From Marsupella aquatica (Eukaryota; Plantae; Marchantiophyta), in contig OZ316897.1 of assembly GCA_973895155.1 (NCBI GenBank), forward strand, positions 21,551,455 to 21,615,454: a stretch of 64,000 nucleotides of DNA, in the 5' to 3' direction. Below the pieces are notes generated by a model. It was not told where the DNA came from. It saw only the letters and a program-made list of their open reading frames with translations, and did no database searches. The translations under genes were made by a program, and so were the position numbers. Positions 37,801-51,286 of the stretch are shown here, one piece after another; within the stretch, counting starts at the first letter, position 1, and each line of letters begins with the position of its first letter.

Positions 37801-40159
37801 TAAATATATGATACAAATGAAGAATCTTAATATTAGCTACAGAATCCCTAAATATCGTAAGGATCTTACCAAAGTTCTCATATTGAGAAGTTGATACCTT
37901 AGTAAATTTGAGTCCATGCTTTGATAATTGGATATAAATTTGAATTGCTCTATGTTTATTTCTTTATAACATTCAAGTGTTGTTATTCCAACACTTGTAA
38001 TTGGATGTTCCATTGCCATAAGCATCAACTTAAATTTGATTGAGAAATTATTTGTCAATCTGGTAATTGGTATGTGAGAAGTTATCAAATCAGAGATTCA
38101 AGTACCGTACTACTTGGTTGACTAGAATGAATTCTTGGATTGTTATCTATTAATCTCTATTTCAATTTCTAGTTAAAAAGTAGTCTAATGTTTACTCTAA
38201 ATTTGATTATGGTTTGAGTTTTGTTATATTCTGAATCTTAAAAAACTAGGGTCATGTTGATCTGTTGGGGATCATCAATCTACCTCATCTTATAGCATAC
38301 ACCAATTGAAAAGATATCCTTACTAGTCATTTCCATACATTTCTTTAACTATCAGTTTTGTTCATTGATTGACATCAATCCTTTGTCGAGAGAACTCATT
38401 GGCAAGGATATGCCTAATGAACATCCTATTTGTTCTTTCTAGACTTACCAATTCACTTCTCACTATTTTTTCTTGGGAACAAATTTTGGTCTTTAAATGT
38501 TATTTAAATGTTAATTAACAATCTAACTACTCTATCACACAAATACCTCCATTCACTTCTTCCATACATGTTGATATTTGTGGATCCATTAACTCACCCC
38601 ATGGACCATTTGGATATTTTATGGTATTCATAGATACATCAACAAAGTGGTTGAATGTTATCTTACAGTCGTTCTCCACACGTAACTTAGTCATATAATG
38701 CATATTAGCACAAATCTTGTGAATTAAAGCCCAATTTCCTGAGCATCCTATCAAGACTCCGATAATGCAAGAGAATTTCACTTCCACCATTTTTAAATTT
38801 TTTTGTATTTCTGTATGTATTGACATGATGTTCAATACCTAGTACCACATGCCCATTTTCAGAAAGATCTAGCTGAGAGGATCATTAACTACTTACATCT
38901 TATTGCATGACCCCTACTCATGCACTCACAACTCCTAGTATTTGTTTGGCTGCATGTTATATTACACGCTAATACTTTCATTCAATACCGTCCATCAGTA
39001 TTTAACGTGTTTAGCCCATGGATACCAAATGAGTATTGGCAAACCGCCAAATTTATCCTATCTTTGCTTAATTTGAATATCAGGTTATGGTACCCATATA
39101 ACCCCACCCATATGAACAAAGATGAGATCACAACGACAACTTGGAATATACGTTAGATTTGACTCTCCGTCAATAATCCGTTATTTAGAGCCAAGTGTGG
39201 AATGGTAATATGAAAGAAGTTGGTGAAATTATCAAACTTTTTAACTTTTTGATGCAATTTGAAAGTTACTCAAAATAATAAATAATCTTTTAACCTATTT
39301 TGACCCTTAAAAACGACTTGCAAAAGGAACTAAAGAAGTAAGCATGTTCATGGACTAATCACTTTCATTGGACAAAAATTGATTCTCCTGAAGATTTTGT
39401 TACCTATTAAATGGTCTTTACACCTCATTTTCCTCATTCAAGCTTTTTTATTAGTTAAGTATTTAAATTAGATACCAAGTGACTTTACTAGTTCACCCTT
39501 AGGAATTAGATTTAGAAAGGTTTTGGTCTTATTCTACCTTTAGTTTTCCAACCTTAGATAGGAATAGGTTTTTTAGGAGCTTTTCACATCTCCAAGTTAG
39601 GGAGCTTTACTTATGGACTTCCAAGGAAAATATCGATGTCACTTTTCTTAATTATTTCATCTTTGACCACTATTGGTCTTTCTCTCATGCCAATTTGGGC
39701 TTAGGAGAGAGAATTGAATGAAGAGGATGTGCACCACTATTCTATGTTAAACTTTATCATTTTCATTCACTTTGTTGTTAATTTAATCTTGGAATGGAAG
39801 TGTGAATTGTAAGACGTAGATTTAATATGGAAATATTAAAGAAAAACTTCAAAATCTAGCATTTTGAGAATTGTATGAGGTTTCTAGACGTAAAACCGAA
39901 CTCCATTGAGAATATAAGGAAGTCATGAACTAATAAAAACCAAATGTCTATTGAGAAAAGGAAGAATTTAATGTCAACCATTTAAAGAAAATACAAGTAA
40001 GAATCATTTTTGGATTTTGTGTGTTGAAGATTGTAAAGAAATCATTTATGATTTCAAATGACATAAATTTTGTAATAAATCACTTTCTTTATTTTTATCG
40101 GGAACAAATTATGATATTTTAGATTCTAACGATATATATTTTATGTGATTACACTTATC

Positions 40160-41793
40160 ACACCAGGGATTTTCCTCATTGAGATATTGGATATTCAGAG
40201 GTTCAACCAGGTGATGTTTTATGAACACCAAGGCTCTGGCCTTCTGCTGGGTCGTTGTGCCCTGGTCGGTGATTATGGTTTCGTATATATCTTTAGTTAA
40301 TAGATTAGCTTTAATGTCTAATGACCAGGAGAGGTAGTTCTCCCCCTCGATGGTCAATGGAAGGAAGTTCACCTTTTCTATGGATGCCATATCTTTCGGG
40401 TTTTAGGGTTTTGGTCTTGGGTTTTCGGTTTAAGGTTAAGTCTAGGGTTAGGTTTAAGGTTAGGGTTTTAGGTTTAGGGTTAGTTTATGCAAGGGTTATA
40501 AGATAGGTTCGTTCTTAGTGCTTGCGTTTTGTGCAGTTATAGTTGCTGTGCGCTTTAGGAAATCAAAAGAGTTGATTGTTCCTTTCTCATTTTTGCTTTT
40601 TAGGGTTTCACCTTATTAATATAAGGTTCTTTTTTCGTTAACCCTAAATGCGTTTTAGGTTTAATTCCACATGCAACTTAAGCGTAAAGGATGGGTTGCA
40701 TTTTAGGGTTTCACTTAGGTTTTGTTTTCCTTGTGTATGTGGTTAATTGCACTAGGTTCTCTTGTAAATGAAGTTCTGTTTGTTTTTGGTTTGCAGTTAT
40801 GAGTGGTTTGCGGTTTTGTGCGCTTCCCTGGTTTAGTGCACAGTTTTTTGTATAGGAAATTTGCTTTGACAGATTTTTGCAAGTAAGGAGGGTTGCACTT
40901 AGCAGGTTAATTCTTGTTTTTGTCGTGGTTTTTGCTTCCCATTGTTGTCGTTTTCCTTTCTTTGAAGGTGCTCCCTTCCGCCTCATTTCTCTCCACGTCC
41001 TCCTTCTTTGACTCTTCCTGGTTCCTTGGTTCGTCCTTTTCGAGGCTTTGGCAAATGTTATTGTTCCCGTTTCTCGGTTCTCTCTTTGAACTTTACTACT
41101 TCTGTGAAGGTGTCCTTATGAATCTCAATTCCTTGCTTGCTACTTTTCGATCTGTCCTTAACGTGATACCATCTCTCAGCAACAATTCCTCTTATGTCTC
41201 TTTTGATGTTCTTATCAATTCTTCGCTCCTCTTTTCTCTATGCTTCTTGAATCTGCGCCTCTTTCTCTTTGTCTGCGCCTCTTTCTCTTTGTCAGCGCCT
41301 CCTTCAGTCTGTTTTGATTTTTTCTGTGGACTCGAGTTCGTGCCTTCCTGATTCTTCCTTGCTCGATCATTAATTGCTTTTGAATCTCTCTTACGATCTC
41401 GGATCAGGTGCGAGGCTTTCTTGTTTATTTCTTCCTTACGAATTCCACGATCCCCATGAATTCTTGGACTCTACGGTCTCTAGTTGTTTCAATTGCTCAA
41501 CATTGCGGTCATTTTCTTTTGGGAAAAACTTGGGTAATCTCTAAGTAAAAATTTATCCTCTCTCTCTCTTCCGTTGCCTTTTGCTTCGCTGGTAGAAAAG
41601 TGTTGATAACGTGTTGAGATATAATGCTTGAATTGTATTCCCCTTCTCCCTCGTGTGACTTTATATATGTGTTGAGAAGAATTACATGGGTTTCTAACTG
41701 GGGTTAGGGAAGTAACCCTGGTGACTTAACAGTTATGGTCTAACAGAAGCAAGATTTTCAGATTGTCATTTTGACAAAAATATTTTCCCAACA
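40160..41793 (-). mobile_element. Truncated Bianca-like copia element: 5' LTR (~41793-41612), PBS, leader and gag N-terminus
   Basis: On the minus strand, TGTTGGG...TATATAAAG...CTCAACA is followed by CGTTATCAACAC (Bianca-type PBS). Gag 40390-40160 reads MASIEKVNFLPLTIEGENYLSWSLDIKANL..KARALVFIKHHLVEPLNIQYLNEENP. Confidence 0.8.
40400..40500 (+). repeat. Degenerate telomere-like (TTTAGGG/TTAGGG) tract in the copia leader
   Basis: GGGTTTTAGGGTT..CTAGGGTTAGGTTTAAGGTTAGGGTTTTAGGTTTAGGGTTAG. Confidence 0.7.
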
Positions 41794-41799
41794 TTAAGT

Positions 41800-44078
41800 A
41801 AACCTAATGCACATCCCCTTCAAAGTTTGGAATGAGATAGAACTTCACCATTTTAGCAAGATATGACGACAAATCAATGAGAGAAAAAAGTCTAGCGCAT
41901 CTTACAATTCCATATAATTATAGAAGATTTCTTTGTTGATGTGACAAACACTACACACTCACACATCCTCATGGCTAATGCTCCAACTCGCATAACTTTA
42001 TCAGATGAACCAATTGTAATCCAACAGCCTTGACAAAAATGAGGACAACTACCTAGCGCTACAGATAAATAGTCACGTAGATGCCAATTGGCTTCACCCA
42101 CTACATTGATAGACCCTTCTACTCCTAATGAAGAAATTTTGATACATTATCACTTTTCAATTTATATGATTTCTTTTGCCATTTTTCACAAGCTGAAAAT
42201 GAGACAAATGGATGTCGCAATGACATACCTTTATGAGATGTACACTTGATACGTGCATTTACATGCACGCCTTACCAGAATTAAAAGCATAACGATATCT
42301 TTTGGCTCAAAGAGCCACATCACACATTCTATATTTACAAAATTTTATTTCAAATTCATCTGAGCATACAAATCTCAATGTGTCATCTACATGTACCAAT
42401 AATGAAATTAATACTACACCTCAAGACACCATTGTGTAGTATTGCATGACATATTCACCGCGGACTAGCTATCCGCGTGTTGAAGGCCTTATATGGTTTG
42501 AAATAAAGTGGCAAAATATGGTAGATCAACGGTTTATTGATGATATGATTGCCATGGGCTTCTCCCATGATGCTATTGCACGGACCATGTTTGTTTATTA
42601 AACACACCAATGACAAATTTGTCATCATTGCCATTTATGTTGATGACTAAACTATTTTTGGTAAATACCCGAAGATACAATCAAAATACTAAAGACCACT
42701 TTTGAAATAAAAGATCTCGGTACCATTAAGTTTTGTATTGGTTTACAACTTGAAATATTACCCATTGGCATTTTATTGCATCAAACCACATACATTAAGA
42801 ACATCCTTAAACAATTTAATATGCAATTGCTTATCCTCGTACATCTCCAACGGTAGCACGCTCATTAGAGAACAATACAAATATTTTCTAGAAATGTGAA
42901 GAGGATGAACCCACAATAGGACCGAAGTCATACTCCATACCTTTCTTTAATAGGTGCATTCATGTATTTAGCAAACCAAACTAGTCCATATTTGTTTTTT
43001 GTAATTAACTTACTTACACGACACAGTGCTAATACCACTTTCAAACCCGCTTTCAGACATTGGAATGAAGCTAAACATTTATTCTGCTACCTTGCGGACA
43101 CACAGACACTAGATTATCCTATCCATTTCATACTACTCATGAACTTGTGGGATATGTGGATGCTGGGTATCTGTCCGATACCGACACTGCTAAATCTCAA
43201 ACAGGTTACGTCTCCCTTATAAGAGGCATTGCTTTTTCTTGGAAGAACGTTAAAACAGACCTTAACTCCAACTCCTCAAACCATTCAAAAATCCTAGCAC
43301 TACATGAGGCTAGTCAAGACATCGTATGGTTACGTTCGCTCATCAATCATATCCAAGTTAAATTTGGATTCGACCCACTAACCAAGCCTATTGATATTTT
43401 TGAAGACGATGCAACTTGCATCCAACAAATCACACGAGGATTTATAAAAGGCAGCCATGTGAGACTGTATATAGCACTGAAGTTCTTCTACACTTTCTCA
43501 CTCATGCACTACATGACAAAGAGCCCAATGTATTGTAGATACCGAGTCCCAAGAAATCTCGCGACAACTGAGCAAATCTCTTCACCAAATTGTTGATCCC
43601 TGTTGTTCATCAACAACATTGCCATACGGTTGGATTTCGAAGCTTACGATGATTGATGTGCGAGACATGATTAAAGATACTACTATTATTACTATCTGCC
43701 AATAATATTTTCATGGACACCATAACTAACATAGAAGCTACGTCAACAAGGAGGATTCTGAGGACTGTACTTTTTTTCCTTTAGAACCACATATTTATTT
43801 TTTCTATTGCACTAATAGATTTGCTAAAGGTTTTAACGAGGCAGTCCTCCTCACTTGTACTTATATATCATGTATTATCTCTAAACATGATATATCAAAT
43901 CTAGATCCAAAGTTTATTGTTTATATCTAGTCAGGGTCTAGGGCATATCCAAGGGGGGTGTTTTAACCATAATAGACTTAACCATGGTTACATAAACCAT
44001 ACATGTAACAATGAGACACATATATATAATCTTAAGCAATCGAATCTCAGTTGCCTAAGAATTCATTCTATTCTAACA
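41800..44078 (+). mobile_element. Bianca-like Ty1/copia 3' half: degenerate RT-RNaseH, PPT and a short 3' LTR (~43959-44078)
   Basis: MRQMDV..YLY, LKALYGLK*SG..W, IIAIYVDD, FEIKDLG..KFCIGLQ, IGAFMYLAN, GYVDAGYLSD..AKSQTGYV, SSNHSKILALHEAS and IFEDDATCIQQ. PPT CCAAGGGGGG is followed by TGTTTT...CTAACA. Confidence 0.9.
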
Positions 44079-44149
44079 ATAATACCCAATCTTGTATTGT
44101 TGTTGTTGTCATCCATTTATAAAATAAGAGCTTTGATGGGACTGATCGT

Positions 44150-45825
44150 TGGCTGTTGGATCAAGCCAACCATTTTCTTTGATTTTTATGCTAGTACGGG
44201 TAGTGGGGTACTTAGTCTAGGCAAGGTACTACCTCGTCACCAATGTGCACCTGCCATACCTTATACTTGCCTTGGTGCAAGAAAGGATTTGCAGTCCTGC
44301 TAGTGTGCCCTTGCCAAACCAGTACCTTGCCAGTGTGCCGTGCACCTCGTTCTTGCCTTGCGCCCCCGTACATGCTTGGTCCAAGCCAGGATCTCCCTCG
44401 CCACCTTGCCATTGGCATGCCCTAACCCTTAATAGTTGTAGATGTGACACCTTGAATGTTTTGCAAATTATTGAAAGATGGAAATGAGGTGCAAATTTCC
44501 CCAATTAATTGCCCTTTTGAAGCCCAAATGCCCAAATTTACCTTGCTGAGCACTTTTATGAAGGACGCCACCCAGAGGTGTCCTAAAGGCAGACTGTATT
44601 TAGCACTCCCCCTAATTGTTAGAGGTACGTCTTCCCGTCCTTAGTTTAATCTGAGATTTTTTGTGCTTGATCCTTGTTATTCAAACTCCAGATTAGCAGG
44701 AATTCAACCTTTTTCATGTTGTGTAGTTTAGATTTTAAATTAAGTTCTTACGACACCTAGGTGTTTCCTCTTACACCTTCTGTATGCACCACTCAACTTT
44801 TCTTCTTTTTCCAGGTATGGAAAGGCGTGTCTTTCCATTTCCCTTACTTCCACCCCACTTAGACCTATAAAACCTTTTAGGATTGCTCGGACTTTGAGCA
44901 GGGCAAAACATTATTCAGTAATGGAGATTGCTGATTAGTTTTTCCTCCTTCCATTTTAACAAGTCATTGAGAGTCAAGGTCTTGTATGGAAGTAAAGCTT
45001 GTTGTTATAAAGAGTGATTGAATTCAAGAGATTCTTTTGGGTGACTGAATTTGATTACTAACTTCTGAGGTTCATATCGAATTCACTGCTAGGCCTGCTT
45101 GTTGTGACAAGATTCGCTAGCCAATTTGAGAACGAATGCTTGAATGTGAGAAGCAAAATTCCATTTTCACAGTAAATAGTACCGTTACTTTGCACTGGAA
45201 TAAACCTTAGTGTTCGACTTGAATTGCGTTTCGCTAAGAGTTGAACCATGTTGATGGCATTTTAAGGTTTATCTTTGCATTCGTAACTAGAAATCTACTT
45301 TGGGTTTGGTGAGCAAGATTCTTTCATTCAGTATTGTTATAGATTAAGAGGAAGGAAAGATTGGCAAGATTAATTTCCATTTGCATATGATAAGACCATA
45401 TTCCATTCTGAAGAAGTGGCAGTATCAAATTGTGAATATAGTTATGTCAATCTAAACCTACTTTTAATCATAACTCAGAAGTTTACTCTGGTTGTGTTTT
45501 GATTAATTTATTCATTTTTGCTTTGAGTAGTTGGAGATATGTGAGTAGAGACTCTAAAACTCTCAAATGGATAAAACTATTCAATCTCTTCCAATTCTGT
45601 TCTTAAAGGGATCGAAACCCGAGTTTTAAAGTGTAAAGCGTCACTTTTGGTTCTTTCGACCATACAACAGTGGAAAAGTCTTAGGCCATTTAAATAGCCA
45701 CTGCCAAAGTCTAGAAACAAATAAAAGTGTATTTTTGCTAATTGCCAAGTATTAGTCAAGTCTCGAGTCAAGGATGAAAACTGAAGTAAAGATCACTTTT
45801 CCCAATTGAGATCAACTAGCCATCA
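44150..45825 (+). mobile_element. Probable LTR-derived sequence (gypsy-like solo or partial LTR)
   Basis: Non-coding, with a TATA-like CCTATAAAA at ~44863, a T-rich U5-like tract and an ..CCATCA end. Composition-based call only. Confidence 0.3.
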
Positions 45826-47339
45826 AACTCTATGATTATCTCCTTTGTCCATTTATAAAACCATAAAATGAGGAAGCTAATCCTGGCCCTTCATTTCAAA
45901 CCAATTTTTTGGCATTTGTCGATCCACCCATACAATCCTCCTTTCTCAAATGTCTACCCAAGATCCCCATGCCTGCCCAAACTTGCCTGAAATGAATGAT
46001 TAATTAATTGACAAATAAAATTAAAGAAAACTTTGAAAAAACTTTGAGTATAAATATAGTAAACTCAATATATCTTTACTCATTACAAAATTACAAACAA
46101 GCAAAGGCACCCACTCTTGTCGCATCCATCACCCATCTTGCATCCATGTGCTCTAACCTTTGCTATCTTCAGATACCAATAATATTTTCACAACATTCAA
46201 TGATAGCAACCAAAATATAAAATTCATGTTTCTTTGCCTTGCCTACATTTTTTAATGTTTTGCGTGTATCCTTGGCTCCCTTGCATGCTTTGCCATGCAT
46301 GAACCCGGTCAGATTACACATTTTGATCTTATTGGTGAAAAGGTACTTATTTGATCTTGATGTGTAAGCCGTCGTCCACAATGTGTTGAGTCTTATTGAG
46401 ACAGATGATTTGGTTCGTGAATCTCTTTGAGTGCTCTGTAATGAAGGAGTTGATTGCTTATTATGTTCAGACCAGCGTATTTTTTAAGTGCAATTTTTAG
46501 CCAATCCATCTTCCCCAAAACTTTTTGCCACTTTTGGCTAACATTTGCTAGATTTTGTGTGTGCCATTTGCCACTTTCCCACCTAATCATGGACCCTATT
46601 TGATAGAATGTATTGGATATCTGACCGTCAGGATGTAATCCAGGAAAATTTGACAAAGAACTTTCCTAGCATCTACTCCCTAGCTTAGAGCTGCTGACAT
46701 TCGCCACACTGACTAAAAATAAAAAAACATTAAAGCATACGCTGGTTCAGACCTTCATCATTGTCACTTGATTCCGAGTTGGCACATGCCTTTGACACTG
46801 TTCATATAGATTTCATATCTGCCTCCCAACAAGAGGGAAGTTCCCCAGGAAGTTCTAAATAGGAAATGACATTTCTTGTTAGACATTTCCATGGTGCAAA
46901 TCTCCGAGCTTCACACTATAAATCAATTTAATGAAATCTTAAATCCGAGCATCCAATGTTTGTACTCATATTAATCTATGAAACCTGGTAGTTTGTTTCA
47001 TCAATTTGAATAAAATCCACCTTACACTATTGTAGTTGACAAGTATTATCACATACTACTTAAGGGGTGTTGGGGATACCCAAACTAATCATTGATTATG
47101 ATTTCCCTGTTTGTTAAAAATAAATAATACAGGTCTGAATGTTTTTCATAGGCTGCATATCTCTTACCTTATTACTACATTAGCACTACTACAACAACTC
47201 TACAAGCCATCCAAATTGTACCCGCATAGTGGTGTAGGGGATATGGCCAGCCGAAAATCAAGTTGTCCACCCAATGATTTGTTGTTAAATGGTATTGACT
47301 GCAGGAAGGACGAGACATAAAACCAACCAGGCTTCCCTG

Positions 47340-47490
47340 TAAATGATTATTGTGAAGTGTTATCAAAATCGTTGCGCCTGGGCTTCCCCCGAAATGATTA
47401 TCACAATAATAAATCATTGGCCACATAATCACAATAATAAATCATTGCCCACATTATCACAATATTCACAACAATAAATCATTGCCCACT
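47340..47490. repeat. ~29-bp tandem repeat (ATCACAATAATAAATCATTGCCCACAT) x~3
   Basis: Directly visible at ~47400, ~47428 and ~47466. Confidence 0.8.
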
Positions 47491-47754
47491 GGGCGAATGT
47501 ATCCGGAAATATTGACCATCGGGTTCTAAGCCTGACGGACCGGTGGTCAGGGGTTCGAGAGTGAGCGGTCGATGAGGTCGGAAGAAGAGTGTCGATGAGC
47601 TGGGCGGAGCTGAATTGTGGGAAAGGAGAGGGGAGGGGAGTGACTAGAAGGCGAGCTTTGCGGATCATTCTGGAGAGAGGGTGGTAGCGATTGGGCAGCA
47701 CCGTCGAGGTTATGCTTAATGCGGTCGAGCTAAATTGTCAAGGCTGAGGAATTG

Positions 47755-50564
47755 ATGTTGGGCGGAGCAGCAGGCATGTCAGGAGGAGGAGGTGTGATGT
47801 TGTGTACTCAGATGACTGTGAATCCAGAGCTGAATTCCAGACTTAGCACCGGTGGAGAATTGGGCCGCAGCAGCGGGAGGAGCAGTGATTCAATTCGGAG
47901 CGTGGTCTCGTTGTGGGGTAGGACTGGAAGTTTCAGGGATTGTCATGCGCAGTGTTGCTTTGGTCTGCAGCGTGGATTCAGAGGGAGTGGAATTAAGGCG
48001 AGGGAGAGGAGGAGAAGCTCCGGAGGACCAGGAAGGAGTAGTAGAGTTGTGATGCGCTCGGGAGGGGATAAAAATGACAGCAATTTGGGTGAGTCGAGAT
48101 ATGCTGATTTGGGTTCGTTGCTGTGGTGTTATTTCACTGGTTTACGGACTTAGCGAGTGGAGATTGTTTTCTCAACCAAACCCGAAAAGATCAAATTTGG
48201 ATGCGCTCAAGAGGAGACAACGATGGCATCAGTTTGGAGTGAATTTGACATACAGTTTCTTAATAATTTGCTACTGGAGCTATTTTTCTGTCTGGTCCGA
48301 TCGAAAATTGGGTGATTAAGGGAGAGACAGGTTCTATCCCCTCAAGTGAGTTCATTGTTTGATTTTCTCAGGAGCAGACAATAGCGAATGCCCATTAGAG
48401 GAATAGTTGCGTGGTGGTTTGGTTTAATGGGGATTCCTATCAATTTGACCTCATGTACCCCACAAAGAAGGATAGCTTAGCCTCCAGCAAAGCGTTGCGA
48501 AAAAGACAGCATGCAGAAGGCAGTGTAGCGGATAACCAGCACTGTTTCACCATGACCTAACGGCAGGGAGTGTAGTACTTAAGCTGATGCTGGAGCAATG
48601 TCCGCTATTGAAAAAATGACTATTCCCCGTGATACCAGATTATATTGTAGTACACTGCTTCACAAATCTCAATGGGTCAGGATGCACTATCTAAGTACTC
48701 AGACGAGGGACCTAATAGTGTCAAATCAAAAGGAGGTGAAAGGAGCCCGGAAATACTCATAGGCTTAAGGTGCGAAGCAAGGGAAATTTAACCTCTTAAG
48801 AAAATGCATAGCTTTCCAGAAGTTATTCTATGAGTTAGTTGAGCCAAACTTTCCAATTGACGGTGGCATGAGGACTGAATTGAAAGCCTTGGATGAATTT
48901 CACTTCTTTCTAGAGTACCTTCAATGAGTCTATTCAAAGAGTTTCAAAGGTGAACATTCCAGGATCAAAACATATGAGATTGTCTCGGAGATATCTTTGA
49001 CCGTGTCACTAACAGTTTGGGTCTACATCTTTACTAAATGGGCTCTCCCTTCCCCTTCACACCATTACTAATGGTTTTGTGTCAAAGTGGACATGCATGC
49101 GCATGACAAATGAGTGACCATAAGTAAAAGCGGCGTAGAATTGTATTATCTACCTGATAGTGCTGACTTTTATACTGCTGATATCTGCTGTTCATTCAGG
49201 GAGGTAAATAGTTAAAGTTATTTGTTTTGACTTTCTGTTAATTTTACACTGCTGCCTTCCGAGTGGAGGGCAAGGTTGAGAGAAGACTGACATGCGAACT
49301 GGCAGGTGACGACGGGGTAGAGACTTTATTCATGAGGGAGCTCCGTCGTAGGGGCATGTCTACAAAGGAAAAGGATGGTAGTCCTCTGGGCTCTGCTGGG
49401 ACTGATACAAAAACCAAGGAAGAAAGTGAAGGAACTGGAGGCTTCTTTAGGGGGTGGTCTCTACCAGGAACTGCAAGCACCAAACCTCCTCCACTAACAG
49501 AGTCACAAAGAGACGAGCAACTGAAGAGGTCTCAGGCTTTGAATAGTGAAGGTCTCGATGTAAGAATCTGTGCTTCTTCTTTTGCTCGTTTCTATTCTCT
49601 CACGATGTTAAGTTTAAATTGTCCCGGATTTTCTTCTTTTAAAAAGCAGAGTAACCTGGAGTTATCGCATTCAACAAGCATGACTGAGGCTTGCCTGCCA
49701 TTTCCTTGTGGGTGCAGGGTCCAAACGATTTAGATGCTATTTTCATTCTAAATATCATTTGTAGAGCTTCTGCATCTCTCTCTCATTGTTGTGATTGATC
49801 TTTCCAGATTGTTTGTGATTCAATCGAGCGATTTCAAGTCCATTGTTAAAAAATCGCATGTTCTTTGAGTATTTTTCTTTTCTTGGTGTTTTTTGCCAGG
49901 GTCTTATTCCACGAGGGACTGAGCTGTTGAAACTTGGAAGCAGCTTCTTCTTGGTCTTTTGGCCTTTCATCCTAGCAAGTCTAGCAGCATTTGGAGCAGT
50001 GTATCTGGTATGATCATACTCTGCGAATAAATAAATTCGGATGCTTGTCTGGGCCTGTAGATGGCTTGCACTGGAGTAGCTCCCAAGTAAGCAATTTAGC
50101 AAATTCACGAATGCTGTCCTTTCCAATAACTTGTCTATAGGATGGATTTAATTCTGCATTATATTAGACACCATTGTGACTATCATCAGATTAGTGACGG
50201 GATACCTCCAACTGGTATAGCACTCCTTTACAGAGATTCAGTATGATCTTTTCTTAACGCCATCATGCTCAATGCCATCTGTAATCTTTTGCCCCAACCG
50301 TTGAGAGGTGAATATTGGTTGAAAATTGGCAATATTTGTCATGTCATTCTGCTTCACGCTGTGCTGACCGCTCCTTTGATGATCCAGTATTTTGGATCAG
50401 CATTTATCCATCCAGGGAACAGTTTTGAAGACGTAGGGCGACCTCCGTATGTGGATCCATACCAGCTACTCGAAGAGGAGGGCATTCCACTTCAACTTGG
50501 TCCAAATCGGGTGCCTTTCAATGCAAGAGTAGATGACTCAAGGACAGAAGGAAATTCTCCATAA
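47755..50564 (+). CDS. Conserved plant protein of unknown function, probable plastid transit peptide and transmembrane segment, 4 exons
   Basis: Exons 47755-48088 (S/R/G-rich transit-like), 49306-49559 (LFMRELRRRG..QLKRSQALNSEGLD), 49900-50007 (GLIPRGTELLKLGSSFFLVFWPFILASLAAFGAVYL) and 50388-50564 (YFGSAFIH..PPYVDPYQLLEEE). Phases are consistent; the start codon could also be 47776. Confidence 0.85.
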
Positions 50565-51079
50565 AATTTCATCGTGCACACTCTTCTTGGTATTGAACTC
50601 ATAGCAGCTTGTCTTTTGTACAGTGAGGGCTTGGATGTCGACTTTAATGTCACCAGAGTTAGATCCATGTGTAATTTGAGCATGTATAACTTATTTTTAG
50701 TCCAGTTCCATTATTCATTTCTCCAATGATTTCTTCACGTGGGTAGACAGGTTAAAAAGGTTTGATCGCATTGTGCAACACAAGTCCGGTCTTGTATGTC
50801 AAAGTTTTGGACACTCCTCTCTGGAAGTGGGAACCTGACCTAGGGATGAAAACTGGGGCACGGCAGTATTTGATTCTCAGCGCGCGAGATATTCGATTGT
50901 ACGAGTCATTTTTTCCTGACCAACGCCACCACCTGGATATGTGAACTCGTGGTCCGAGCTGTAGGACACCACATGATCCAAGAATCCTTACAATCGTAGT
51001 CCGAGAATGGGGTCTACATCAAATTAGTCAGTTCAGAAATTATTTATTCAGTAAAGGTACCTGGGGGACTGAAGGCAAG

Positions 51080-51286
51080 GAGTTGTTCCTTGGTTTTCAT
51101 TAAACCACACCTGCCCCTATAAAGGGCTACGGTAACCCGTAGCTCGCATTCTAAAGAGTACAAGTTCAGAAACGTATTTTGAGCTGTTCCTTGGTTTTCA
51201 TTAAACCACACCTGCCCCTATAAAGGGCTACGGGTAACCCGTAGCTCGCATTCTAAAGAGTACAAGTTCAGAAACGTATTTTGAGC
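51080..51286. repeat. Near-perfect 101-bp tandem duplication
   Basis: TGTTCCTTGGTTTTCATTAAACCACACC...CAGAAACGTATTTTGAGC occurs twice, with a 1-nt indel. Confidence 0.95.

Noticed and set aside
40711-41351. Hydrophobic 145-aa and K-rich 91-aa ORFs
   Set aside because: Lie in the compositionally skewed leader of the copia element.
46169-46900. Possible transposase C-terminal fragment on the minus strand
   Set aside because: Coding-like, but no diagnostic motif could be confirmed by eye.
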